Below, one piece after another: positions 1 to 8,867 of a stretch of 64,000 bases of DNA. Under the pieces are notes generated by a model. It ran no database searches. It had not been told where the DNA came from and saw only the letters and a list, made by a program, of their open reading frames with translations. Source of the DNA: Actinomycetes bacterium (GTDB lineage Bacteria > Actinomycetota > Actinomycetes > S36-B12 > UBA5976). The position numbers and the translations under genes were made by a program. The stretch lies in NCBI GenBank assembly GCA_038145175.1, contig JAYQPE010000003.1, positions 11,440-75,439 on the forward strand, in the 5' to 3' direction. Each line of letters starts with the position of its first letter. Position 1 is the stretch's first letter.

Positions 1-512
1 GCGTAACCTCTGTCTGGTAAAACAGATATATCGAGAACAGTTTCATTTAGTCCAAGCAATTTCTTAGCATCTGATCCAATTTTTGCTTTTTCCTTTATAA
101 CCAAAATTCCAGAATGATCTTCACTAATTCTTAATTCTTTGGCTGAACAAATCATGCCTTGAGACTTTTTGCCATAAGTCTCTCTTTCAGAAATTTTGAA
201 TTCTCCAGGCAATACACTTCCAGGAAGTGCTACGACAACTAAATCATTTTCAACGAAATTACTAGCGCCACAAACAATTCCAACTTTTCTGTTTCCAACA
301 TCTACAGTGCAGTATCTGATTGGTTTTTTGAATTCTGAGAGAATTTCAATTTTCAATACCTTTCCAATTACTAGAGGACCTGTTACTTGACCATAAATTT
401 CAACTGTCTCAACTTCAAAACCAAGTTTTGTTAAAGACTCAATAATTTCATCCTGCTTGATGAGTCTATTTGATTTGACATGTTGCATGAACCAATTTAT
501 TGGTAGTTTCAT
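1..512 (-). CDS. pheT: Phenylalanine--tRNA ligase beta subunit, N-terminal part (3' end lies beyond window start)
   Basis: Reading frame is open from the window edge to ATG at 512..510. It is not in the ORF track because no stop lies inside the window. My translation MKLPINWFMQHVKS...GIVCGASNF...SQGMICSAKEL matches the PheT N-terminal tRNA-binding OB domain. The ATG directly abuts the pheS stop at 513. Confidence 0.88.
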   Translation of the reverse strand, partial: MKLPINWFMQHVKSNRLIKQDEIIESLTKLGFEVETVEIYGQVTGPLVIGKVLKIEILSEFKKPIRYCTVDVGNRKVGIVCGASNFVENDLVVVALPGSVLPGEFKISERETYGKKSQGMICSAKELRISEDHSGILVIKEKAKIGSDAKKLLGLNETVLDISVLPDRGY

Positions 513-1583
513 TTACAAACTCAATCCAAATCTTGAATTAAATCTAACATCGGCCTCGACTAAATAGTGCATAGTTTGAACTCCATGCCTTAACATCAAA
601 GTTCTCTCGATTCCCATTCCAAAAGCAAAACCAGTATATTTTTTAGGATCTATTCCGGCGGTTAGTAATACGTTTGGATTAACCATTCCGCAACCACCCC
701 ATTCAATCCAACCCTCCCCTTTGCACACTTTGCAAGAAGAAACAATTTTCTTGCCCTTACATACAAAACATTTGAAATCTATTTCTGCACTTGGTTCGGT
801 AAAAGGAAAATATGATGGTCGAAATCTAGTTTCTACATCACTTCCAAAAAGAGAAGTTGCAAAATAATCTAGAGTCCCTTTTAAATCAGACATGGTTAAA
901 TCTTTATCAATAGCTAAACCTTCAACTTGATGAAACACAGGAGTATGAGTTGAGTCAAGTTCGTCGAATCTAAAAACTTTTCCTGGAGAAATTATGTATA
1001 TAGGAGGTTTTTTTTCGAGCATGACTCTCATTTGTACTGGAGATGTTTGGGTTCGCAAAACAATTCCTGAATCAATATCATCAATGTAGAATGTGTCAGA
1101 GGGTGATCTCGATGGATGATTTTCTGAAATATTCAAAGAGTCAAAATTAAACCAAGTTGATTCTGCTTCTGGGCCTTCTGCTACTTCATATCCAATTCGA
1201 GAGAAAATTTCAGAAATTAAGTGAGTTATTGAATTTATTGGGTGTCTTGAGCCAGCGTCAGTTATTACTTTATTTTTAGAGGCCACTACTTCTGTAACAT
1301 CAACAGTTTCAGATGATAATAATTCATTTTCTCGGGCATGATTTATTTCCTGGAATTTTGTCTCTAATAGTTCTTGTATTTCATTTTTTGTTTTCGAGAC
1401 TAATTGGCCAACGACTGCTTTTTGAGACGCTTCAAGAGTTCCTATTTCACGATTAATTTTTGCAAGTTCAGATTGATCCCCGATTAGCTTATTTTTGAGA
1501 ACTTTAAAATCTTCTAAGTTTTTGACACTTTTCAAGTCATTTATAGCGTTATTGCGGATTGCGTCGAATTTATGTTGATCCAT
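513..1583 (-). CDS. pheS: Phenylalanine--tRNA ligase alpha subunit
   Basis: 356 aa with class II aaRS motifs (FRFDELDSTHTPVFHQVEGL, GFAFGMGIERTLMLRHG). The pheS-pheT order is conserved. Confidence 0.95.
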   Translation of the reverse strand: MDQHKFDAIRNNAINDLKSVKNLEDFKVLKNKLIGDQSELAKINREIGTLEASQKAVVGQLVSKTKNEIQELLETKFQEINHARENELLSSETVDVTEVVASKNKVITDAGSRHPINSITHLISEIFSRIGYEVAEGPEAESTWFNFDSLNISENHPSRSPSDTFYIDDIDSGIVLRTQTSPVQMRVMLEKKPPIYIISPGKVFRFDELDSTHTPVFHQVEGLAIDKDLTMSDLKGTLDYFATSLFGSDVETRFRPSYFPFTEPSAEIDFKCFVCKGKKIVSSCKVCKGEGWIEWGGCGMVNPNVLLTAGIDPKKYTGFAFGMGIERTLMLRHGVQTMHYLVEADVRFNSRFGLSL

Positions 1584-1632
1584 TTATTCACCCCCTCCAG
1601 TTAAACATCAGAGTACTGATTTCTTTCAAATT

Positions 1633-2460
1633 CTATTTAATAGATCTAGATTTAGCGGTCTCATACATGCACAATGTTGCTGCTGTGGAGACATTTAGGG
1701 ATTCGGTCTTGCCTGACATCGGAATAGAAACATTTAATCCTAAATTGGAAGGGAAATCATGAAGACCGTGTGCCTCGTTTCCAAAAATCCATACGATTGG
1801 ATTTTGAAAATCTAGATTGTTAAATGTCAATTCTGCATCGGCTTTTGTTTGATAAATACTGCCTTTAAAACCTTCCAAATATTTAAGAAGATTATTAACA
1901 TCACTAATTTTAATTTCAACGTTAAAAATACTTCCAGCACTTGATCTAATGACTTTTCCATTAAACACATCGACAGCGTTTCCAACCAAAATTATTAAGT
2001 CTACTCCAAACGCATCAGCTGACCTTAAGATTGTGCCTAGATTTCCTGGATCAGAAATATTAAATAAAACTAAGACAAATGACTTATCATTTAAATCCGA
2101 CTTAGTGAAGTCCTGAATTATTGCTTTGGATACTCCAACTATTCCTGAAGGACTTTCAGTTTCTGTGATTTTTTTAAGTGCTTTCTCGTTTATTAAAGAA
2201 ATTCTTAATTTAGATGATCTAAGTATTTCATCCAATTTTGAATTTTTAAATAAGTAATCTTTTGTGCAATATATTTCGATCAAATTGCCAGATTTCGAAC
2301 ACGCCTCAAGCGCGTTTTCTCCCTCAATCAGGAACGAGTTTGTTTTCCTTCTAAATTTCTTGTCAAGTAATTTAGATGCTTTTATTATCTTGGTTGATTT
2401 TGGAGTTAATTCAGTCTCGCTGACCAACCAAGATGAATATTTATTAGGAAGCTTTACCAA
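1633..2460 (-). CDS. TrmH/SpoU-family RNA 2'-O-methyltransferase
   Basis: SpoU motifs [25 protein letters not shown] and [16 protein letters not shown]. It sits downstream of rplT, as the tsnR-like gene does in actinobacteria. The start is a TTG overlapping the rplT end, so the start is uncertain. Confidence 0.8.
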   Translation of the reverse strand: MVKLPNKYSSWLVSETELTPKSTKIIKASKLLDKKFRRKTNSFLIEGENALEACSKSGNLIEIYCTKDYLFKNSKLDEILRSSKLRISLINEKALKKITETESPSGIVGVSKAIIQDFTKSDLNDKSFVLVLFNISDPGNLGTILRSADAFGVDLIILVGNAVDVFNGKVIRSSAGSIFNVEIKISDVNNLLKYLEGFKGSIYQTKADAELTFNNLDFQNPIVWIFGNEAHGLHDFPSNLGLNVSIPMSGKTESLNVSTAATLCMYETAKSRSIK

Positions 2461-2809
2461 TTGCAGATTTAGCTACATCAACAAGTGACTTGAAAGCTTG
2501 GGGATCATTTGTAGCCATCTCACTCAGCATTCTTCTGTCGATTTCAATGCCAGCAGAATTTAATCCTTGAATGAATCGGTTATAAGTTAATCCATTATCT
2601 CTAACAGCTGCATTAATTCTTGTGATCCAAAGTCTTCTGAATTGACCTTTTTTCTCACGACGGTCATTAAAAGAATAAACTTTCGAATGAAGAATTTGTT
2701 CTTTAGCTTTTCGGTATAAACGTGATCTTTGACCACGATAACCTTTTGCTTCTTCCATCACAACGCGACGTTTCTTGTGTGCGTTGACTGCTCTTTTTAC
2801 TCTTGCCAT
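2444..2809 (-). CDS. rplT: 50S ribosomal protein L20
   Basis: 121 aa beginning [15 protein letters not shown]...[11 protein letters not shown], the canonical L20 N-terminus. Confidence 0.95.
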   Translation of the reverse strand: MARVKRAVNAHKKRRVVMEEAKGYRGQRSRLYRKAKEQILHSKVYSFNDRREKKGQFRRLWITRINAAVRDNGLTYNRFIQGLNSAGIEIDRRMLSEMATNDPQAFKSLVDVAKSAIGKAS

Positions 2810-2832
2810 GATCTATCCTTTCTAAAAATTTG

Positions 2833-3030
2833 TTAGCGCAAGCCCAACATTCTTTGAGCTTTTTTTGAGTCACCAGGTGCAAGTTGTGGTTCAGATGCAA
2901 GTCTTCTTGTTCTTTTACTTGACTTAGACTCCAATAAGTGACGGCGGCCAGCTCTTTCATGAGTTATTTTCCCGGTGCCAGTTTTCTTAAATCTTTTCTT
3001 TGCACCACTATGAGTTTTCATCTTCGGCAT
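2833..3030 (-). CDS. rpmI: 50S ribosomal protein L35
   Basis: 65 aa beginning [21 protein letters not shown], typical of L35. Its ATG overlaps the infC stop in a TAATG. Confidence 0.95.
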   Translation of the reverse strand: MPKMKTHSGAKKRFKKTGTGKITHERAGRRHLLESKSSKRTRRLASEPQLAPGDSKKAQRMLGLR

Positions 3031-3632
3031 TATTTTTCCTCTTTTTCTTTCGGGGTAGGTACAGATTTAGTTTCAGCGGCTTTTTTTACACTCGTAGCTC
3101 TCGCTTTGACTGCATCTGACTTTCTTCTGTTAGGCGCAAGAACCATAACCATATTTCGACCATCTTGTTTAGGAGCAAACTCGATAACACTTACTTCAGC
3201 AAGATCTTCTGCTAAACGTGCCAATAGTTTGTACCCCATTTCAGGTCTTGATTGTTCTCTTCCACGAAACATGATGGTCACTTTTACTTTGTCTCCACCA
3301 AGTAAAAATCTTTCTATATGATTTTTCTTTGTGTCGTAATCATGACTTTCAATTCTTGGGCGAATCTTCATCTCTTTTACAACTGCATTGACTTGACTGC
3401 GCCTATTTTCTCGAGCCTTAAGTGCTTCTTGATACTTGTACTTGCCGTAGTCCATTATCTTTGCCACAGGTGGTCTAGCTTCTGGTGCTACTTCTACAAG
3501 ATCTAAGTCGTTTTCTTGCGCTAAACGAATGGCTTCTTCTATTCGAATGACACCGATTTGTTCGCCGTTTGGTCCCACCAAACGCACTTCAGGAACGCGA
3601 ATTCGATCATTAATTCGTGGTTCTACGCTGAT
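3030..3632 (-). CDS. infC: Translation initiation factor IF-3 (probable non-canonical ATC start; the ORF-track GTG at 3671 is the alternative)
   Basis: [25 protein letters not shown] aligns with the mycobacterial IF-3 N-terminus ([21 protein letters not shown]). AAAGGAG lies 5 nt upstream of the ATC at 3632..3630. IF-3 genes characteristically use AUU/AUC/AUA starts. Confidence 0.88.
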   Translation of the reverse strand: MSVEPRINDRIRVPEVRLVGPNGEQIGVIRIEEAIRLAQENDLDLVEVAPEARPPVAKIMDYGKYKYQEALKARENRRSQVNAVVKEMKIRPRIESHDYDTKKNHIERFLLGGDKVKVTIMFRGREQSRPEMGYKLLARLAEDLAEVSVIEFAPKQDGRNMVMVLAPNRRKSDAVKARATSVKKAAETKSVPTPKEKEEK

Positions 3633-3784
3633 ACCTACTCCTTTAAATATTTCCGCGTTGTTATACGCCACAAACTAAAGAAGTGTGAACTAACTTTTTC
3701 ACTCTTTACCCAAAAAATCTATTAAGCGACTTTATAGGTGGGATTTCTCCGCTTGTGTATCACCTTTTGATGATAGGTAACTTA

Positions 3785-3813
3785 ATTATATCAGGCTAAA
3801 TTTTGGCAACCAA
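3785..3813 (-). promoter_or_regulatory. Candidate sigma-70-type promoter for infC-rpmI-rplT (TTGGTT-N17-TATAAT)
   Basis: On the minus strand, TTGGTT (3813..3808), a 17-nt spacer and a perfect TATAAT (3790..3785) lie at the start of the largest intergenic gap of the co-directional block. This is sequence pattern only in AT-rich DNA. Confidence 0.3.
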
Positions 3814-4425
3814 TATATCTAATCCTTGTGGGGCGAGCGCTTTGATTTGCTCATTTTTCAGCATTTTTTTGCTGATTTCAATAACTAAATCCGTAATATC
3901 TGTTTTTGACTTGAAGATAATTTTGGCACTGCAATTATCGGAGTCATTAATATCTATTGAATCAATCTCTGAATAGTTTTCCAAAATTTTATGAATTTCG
4001 TTATTAAATTCCTCATTCAGATAGGTTGGAATTGATTCTGAATCAATTAATGTCTGACATAAACTTAATTCTACTTTGAATCGATGATATTCGTTTATAT
4101 CAATAATAAAACCATCCAAGCCGAGAGTTTTCACACTCTCTGCAATTTCTCTAGCAGAAAGTGGTAGGGGCCTAGCTTCACTATTCCAAGAGGTAAAACT
4201 TTTAATGTTAGAAAAAGTAATTAAATATGTTTTTTCATCATTGAGAGTAATTATCGCTTGCGTCATTTCTTTTTTATCTTCGGAGGGAAAAAGCGCAACC
4301 AAAAGTGTTGCTTCAACTAAAGACTTTAGGAATTGTCTATTTAAAGGATCAGATTTGTTGATCATCAATTCAATTAAATTTTGATTTTTTATACTGAAAT
4401 CATCAGTAGAAGTTAGAGTCTGCAA
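3796..4425 (-). CDS. Hypothetical protein, SseB-N-domain-like
   Basis: 209 aa. The pattern LLVALFPS...TYLITFSNIKSFTSW...PLPLSAREIAESVKTLGLDGFIID resembles the SseB N-terminal domain by eye. The TTG start overlaps the hisG stop by 13 nt, so the start is uncertain. Confidence 0.4.
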   Translation of the reverse strand: MQTLTSTDDFSIKNQNLIELMINKSDPLNRQFLKSLVEATLLVALFPSEDKKEMTQAIITLNDEKTYLITFSNIKSFTSWNSEARPLPLSAREIAESVKTLGLDGFIIDINEYHRFKVELSLCQTLIDSESIPTYLNEEFNNEIHKILENYSEIDSIDINDSDNCSAKIIFKSKTDITDLVIEISKKMLKNEQIKALAPQGLDILVAKI

Positions 4426-5261
4426 GCCATTATTTCTGTCACAATAATTGCCTTGGCGCCTATTTTGTAAAGTTCATCCATCACTTTATGAACTTCGGCT
4501 TTCTTCACCATTGATCGCACTGCTACCCAATTTGTTTCTTGTAGTGGTGAAATTGTTGGAGATTCAAAACCTGGTGTAATCACTGTTGCCCTATCAAGAT
4601 TAGTTTTTTCAATGTCGTAATCCATCATCACGTATTCACGAGCCACTAAAACACTATTAATTCTTCTTATAAAAGTGTCTACTTCTAAAGATTGTGATAC
4701 CTTCTTACTTTTGATCAAGACTGCTTGGGATTTTGAAATTATCTCACCAACAAAGTTTAAACCTGCTTGTTTGATAGTTGTACCTGTGTCAACAACATCT
4801 GCGATTGCTTCTGCCACGCCTAGTCTTATTGCATTTTCAACTGCTCCATCAAGACTTACTATTTCAGAATTTAAAGAGTTATCTGATAACCACTTGTGAA
4901 GCAAATTTGGATAGCTTGTGGCAATTCTCTTCTTGTCCAAATCTTTTAAATTCTTAATCCCTGATTGATTATCTGCCGCTATTCTAAAAGTTGATTTTCC
5001 AAATCCTAGTTCAATCATTACCTCTGCAGAGGATTTTGAATCAATTAATAAATCATTTCCGGTAATACCAAAATCTAATGTGCCTTCTCCAACATAAGTT
5101 GCAACATCTCTAGGACGAAGAAAGAAAAATTCAAGATCATTGTCGGGGTCGCTTACTACAAGATCTCTTGGGTGATGACTTTTTAAGAATCCTGCCTCTC
5201 GCAATAATTTTTGTGTTGGATCTGCTAACTGACCCTTATTTGGAATTGCAATTTTTAACAT
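4413..5261 (-). CDS. hisG: ATP phosphoribosyltransferase (long form with C-terminal regulatory domain)
   Basis: 282 aa beginning MLKIAIPNKGQLADPTQKLLREAGF, with RIATSYPNL and DVVDTGTT motifs. Confidence 0.93.
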   Translation of the reverse strand: MLKIAIPNKGQLADPTQKLLREAGFLKSHHPRDLVVSDPDNDLEFFFLRPRDVATYVGEGTLDFGITGNDLLIDSKSSAEVMIELGFGKSTFRIAADNQSGIKNLKDLDKKRIATSYPNLLHKWLSDNSLNSEIVSLDGAVENAIRLGVAEAIADVVDTGTTIKQAGLNFVGEIISKSQAVLIKSKKVSQSLEVDTFIRRINSVLVAREYVMMDYDIEKTNLDRATVITPGFESPTISPLQETNWVAVRSMVKKAEVHKVMDELYKIGAKAIIVTEIMACRL

Positions 5262-5264
5262 AAT

Positions 5265-5528
5265 CTATAATTTTCTATAAACATCATCAAGTTTTATTCC
5301 TGAAGCAAGCATTAGAACTTGTGTTTGATATATCAATTGTGAGATTTCTTCTGCAGCTCGGTCTTTAGATTCATGTTCACAGGCCATCCAAGCCTCAGAT
5401 GCTTCTTCTACAACTTTTTTGCCAACTTGGTGTAGCCCATCATTGACTAATTTTACAGTAGATGAATTGGGGTCTTGAGAATTTACCTTCTCATTTAGTT
5501 CTTCCCATAATTGGTCAAATGTTTTCAT
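5265..5528 (-). CDS. hisE: Phosphoribosyl-ATP pyrophosphatase
   Basis: 87 aa beginning MKTFDQLWEELNEK, with EEASEAWMA...ISQLIYQTQVLM. The hisE-hisG adjacency is as in actinobacteria. Confidence 0.9.
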   Translation of the reverse strand: MKTFDQLWEELNEKVNSQDPNSSTVKLVNDGLHQVGKKVVEEASEAWMACEHESKDRAAEEISQLIYQTQVLMLASGIKLDDVYRKL

Positions 5529-5575
5529 AAAGTCCTCTGGTTATAAATAATACTATCTTAAGAAATTTGGCTTAT

Positions 5576-6055
5576 TTATTTTGCCAATTGTTTATGCGAA
5601 ATTAAACTAAGTAGAACTGCTTCAGCAGTTTCTTTACCCTTGTTTTCTTTAGAATCTTTAAATCCTGCTCGTTGGTAAGCCTGTTTGTAATCGTTGCAAG
5701 TCAAAACCCCAAATCCGATAGGTTTTCCGTATTCAACCGCTAAATCAGTTATGCCTTTAGTAACTGCCTGGCAAACATAATCAAAATGTGGAGTTTCTCC
5801 GTTTAATATTACCCCTAGAACGACTACCGCATCGAACTTTTTTACAAGTGCTTCCTTTGCTGCCGCAATTAATTCGAATGATCCAGCAACTTTAATCGCT
5901 GTGATTTTTATATTTTGTTTGTTGAGTTCTTTCACACATTCTGACTCCATTTTTTGTGTCAAATCTGTATTCCAGAGAGCAGTGATAACCGCAACTTTTG
6001 TAGATTGAGGAATCTTCCCGATTATGATTTTTGGAATCCTTTGAACACTACCCAT
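5576..6055 (-). CDS. ribH: 6,7-dimethyl-8-ribityllumazine synthase
   Basis: 159 aa with GSFELIAAAKE, TPHFDYVCQAV and FGVLTC motifs. It is the last gene of the rib cluster. Confidence 0.93.
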   Translation of the reverse strand: MGSVQRIPKIIIGKIPQSTKVAVITALWNTDLTQKMESECVKELNKQNIKITAIKVAGSFELIAAAKEALVKKFDAVVVLGVILNGETPHFDYVCQAVTKGITDLAVEYGKPIGFGVLTCNDYKQAYQRAGFKDSKENKGKETAEAVLLSLISHKQLAK

Positions 6056-7258
6056 TTATTTGGTTTCCTTTAAAGGAAAATCGTGTCCCATCTTTTCTTT
6101 CTTAGTATTTAAATATTTAACATTTTCAGGTTTTGATTCCACAATTAATGCTACCTTTTCTACAATTCTTAAACCGTAGCCTTCAAGTCCTGCGCGTTTA
6201 GAAGGATTGTTGGTAAGTAATTTCATACTTTTAATGCCTAAGTCTGACAATATTTGAGCACCAGTGCCGTAATCCCTTGCATCTGCAGGAAGACCTAATT
6301 CGATATTTGCTTCAACAGTGTCTAGTCCTTTATCTTGCAAGTCATACGCGGCAATTTTATTCAAAAGTCCGATACTTCTTCCTTCATGTCCTCTGATGTA
6401 AAGAAGCACACCTCTGTTTTCCTCGTCAATTTTTTTTAGCGCAGCATGTAACTGCTCACCACAATCACATCTTAGAGATCCTAAAACATCCCCTGTTAAA
6501 CATTCAGAGTGAACTCTAACAAGTACGTTTTCTCCATCTCCTATTTCGCCTTTTACTAATGCAATGTGTGAAAAACCATCGATTAAAGATTTATACGCAT
6601 AAGCTTTAAATTCACCATATGCGGTTGGAAGCTTGCTCGATGAATGTAATTCGACTTGTCTTTCGTTTCTTCTTCTATATTCAATAATTTCCGATAACGA
6701 TATTGGATTAATTCTATAATCATTTGTAAATTTTCTATAAGCATCTTTATTTGCCTCATTAATTTCAAGTTGACAGATAACTGCTGCCGGATATTTATTG
6801 GAGAGTTTCCTTAAATCGATAGCTGCTTCGGTATGACCAGTTCTTCGAAGAACTCCCCCAATAGTTGCACAGGAGAGTTGAATTAACCCAGGAGATTGAA
6901 AATCATTATTGGTGGAATTTCTATCTAAGAGCAAAGATATAGTTTTTTTATATTTATTTATAACGTTGGTATCAGTCGAAAATTCTTTAGCAACAACGGC
7001 TGGTAATTTTTGATTAAATCGATATATATAGCCTTCTGAGGTATTGGATTTAAAACCTAGTCGTTCTAAATCTTGATTTTCAAAACAAAATACAATTTCA
7101 GTTTTACTAATAGTGTTTAAAGATTCCAGTAATTCTTCGTTTAAATTATCAACCTCTACTACAATACTTACAAGACCTGATTCCTTATAGTCGTCAACGA
7201 TAGCGATATATTGTTTATTCTTTATATTTTCGACTACTTTAAGAATATTATCTGTCAA
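6056..7258 (-). CDS. ribBA: RibBA-type protein: intact GTP cyclohydrolase II domain fused to a degenerate DHBP-synthase-like N-terminal domain
   Basis: The C-terminal half has VRVHSECLTGDVLGSLRCDCGEQL and GHEGRSIGLLNK (GCH II). The N-terminal half retains GGVLRRTGHTEAAIDL but lacks the RENEGD, PGH and CE(I/L) motifs (see findings). Confidence 0.85.
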   Translation of the reverse strand: MTDNILKVVENIKNKQYIAIVDDYKESGLVSIVVEVDNLNEELLESLNTISKTEIVFCFENQDLERLGFKSNTSEGYIYRFNQKLPAVVAKEFSTDTNVINKYKKTISLLLDRNSTNNDFQSPGLIQLSCATIGGVLRRTGHTEAAIDLRKLSNKYPAAVICQLEINEANKDAYRKFTNDYRINPISLSEIIEYRRRNERQVELHSSSKLPTAYGEFKAYAYKSLIDGFSHIALVKGEIGDGENVLVRVHSECLTGDVLGSLRCDCGEQLHAALKKIDEENRGVLLYIRGHEGRSIGLLNKIAAYDLQDKGLDTVEANIELGLPADARDYGTGAQILSDLGIKSMKLLTNNPSKRAGLEGYGLRIVEKVALIVESKPENVKYLNTKKEKMGHDFPLKETK

Positions 7259-7851
7259 TTTACACCACTTGTTTTATTTAAGACATATTTTCCAATCAAA
7301 TCAAATTCAATATTTACATAATCATCAATTTTCAATTGCTTTAGATTAGTCTCTTTGAGTGTCAGAGGAATTAGATTTACCATGAAAGAATTACTTTTTA
7401 TATCACTTATAGTTAAAGACACACCGTTTATAGCAATAGAACCTTTTGCTATCAAATATTTTTTGAAACTGTCATCTATTTGAAATTCAATTATTTTCCA
7501 ATTACTGCTGTCTTCAATTTTAACAACTTTTGATGTCGAATCAACATGGCCTGTAACTAAATGCCCACCCATAAGAGTATTTAAAGTTGCAGCTCTTTCT
7601 AAATTAACTAGAGAATTTTCTTTTAGATATTTTAAATTTGTTTTATCAAGAGTTTCTTTTACTGCAGTGAAACTAAGTTGATTATTACTGTTATCTTCGA
7701 TAGTTAAACAAACTCCATTAATATTGATGCTTTCACCAATTGAAAAATCTGAACCTAGATCTGAACAATCAATCGATAATTTCATTGAATCGTCTTGAAG
7801 TCTATTGATTAAAATAACTCGACCTATGGCTTGGACTATGCCAGTAAACAT
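7255..7851 (-). CDS. ribE: Riboflavin synthase alpha chain
   Basis: 198 aa beginning MFTGIVQAIGRV, with duplicated GxSIxxNGVCLT / GSIAINGVSLT lumazine-binding repeats. Confidence 0.9.
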   Translation of the reverse strand: MFTGIVQAIGRVILINRLQDDSMKLSIDCSDLGSDFSIGESININGVCLTIEDNSNNQLSFTAVKETLDKTNLKYLKENSLVNLERAATLNTLMGGHLVTGHVDSTSKVVKIEDSSNWKIIEFQIDDSFKKYLIAKGSIAINGVSLTISDIKSNSFMVNLIPLTLKETNLKQLKIDDYVNIEFDLIGKYVLNKTSGVN

Positions 7852-7861
7852 TTTTATCCTA

Positions 7862-8866
7862 CTAATTAATCAATAAATGGAGTCGTAAATCTCTTCCGAC
7901 AACTCCTACATTAGCGATGCGCCAATTTTGGTCTGTTAACCCAGGGATATTTTCTTTCAAGAAATCATTACCTTGTCCCAAAATTATTGGAGCCATGTAA
8001 ATAATTAATTCATCAACTAATTTATTTTCAAGATATTTAGTGAGCAATCCAGGTCCTGACTCTAATAGAGCAGTTTTAACATCGTTTTTCCAAAGTTCAT
8101 CTAAAACCAATCTTGGATTTAATCTGGGTAAAAAATATGTTTCTGCATCATTCTTAAAAATATTAAAAGATTTTGGGATTTTGGTATCCCCCACTACATA
8201 TCTAATAGGTTGAAACTCTTTCTTTAATTTCTTTGGAAATCTGACCGTAAGTTTTGAATTATCAGCTAATACTGATTTTGTCCCTGTGATTATTGCATCA
8301 TTACCGTTTCTAATCTCATGAACTTCACACTCAGATTCTTTTCCTGTTAATCTTAAATTTTGCTTTTTCCCATCGTTAATTTTTCCATCAATTGATATCG
8401 CAATTTTTGCTGTCAAATAGGGTCTTTCTAATTCGTAAGATTTAAGCCAACGGTAATTAATTTTTGAATACTTATTACTTGCATTTAATTGGATCACTTC
8501 AATACCATTCTGCTTCAAAAAAGATATGTTATTTGAAGTTATTGGATTAGGATCTTTTCTTGAAAAAACTACTCTTTTTATTCCTGATTCGACTATCAAA
8601 CTACAACAAGATGGTGTTTTTCCAACATGATTACAAGGTTCAAGCGTCACAAAGAGTGTGGAATTTTTTGTCCTTAAACCTGATTTCTCGATCGCAACCT
8701 GTTCTGCATGTCTAGTTCCATAACCTTCATGAAAACCTTTTGCAACTGGTAAACCTGAAGAATCAACAATTACACATCCAACTCTGGGATTTCTTTTAAC
8801 ACTTTTAGGAATCAATGCTAAATCATGTGCTACCGATAACCAATAATTGTCAGATTGAAATGCCAT
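7862..8866 (-). CDS. ribD: Bifunctional diaminohydroxyphosphoribosylaminopyrimidine deaminase / 5-amino-6-(5-phosphoribosylamino)uracil reductase
   Basis: Deaminase zinc motifs HAEQVAI and PCNHVGKTPSC, followed by a RibD C-terminal reductase domain. Confidence 0.9.
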   Translation of the reverse strand: MAFQSDNYWLSVAHDLALIPKSVKRNPRVGCVIVDSSGLPVAKGFHEGYGTRHAEQVAIEKSGLRTKNSTLFVTLEPCNHVGKTPSCCSLIVESGIKRVVFSRKDPNPITSNNISFLKQNGIEVIQLNASNKYSKINYRWLKSYELERPYLTAKIAISIDGKINDGKKQNLRLTGKESECEVHEIRNGNDAIITGTKSVLADNSKLTVRFPKKLKKEFQPIRYVVGDTKIPKSFNIFKNDAETYFLPRLNPRLVLDELWKNDVKTALLESGPGLLTKYLENKLVDELIIYMAPIILGQGNDFLKENIPGLTDQNWRIANVGVVGRDLRLHLLIN

Positions 8867-8867
8867 T

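Noticed and set aside
6583-6768. Same-strand alternative-frame ORFs inside ribBA (6583..6768) and trpB (37596..37850), plus + strand alternative frames inside pntB (61033..61329, 61399..61698).
   Set aside because: They are out-of-frame overlaps within genes whose main frame carries clear family motifs. There is no evidence for dual coding.
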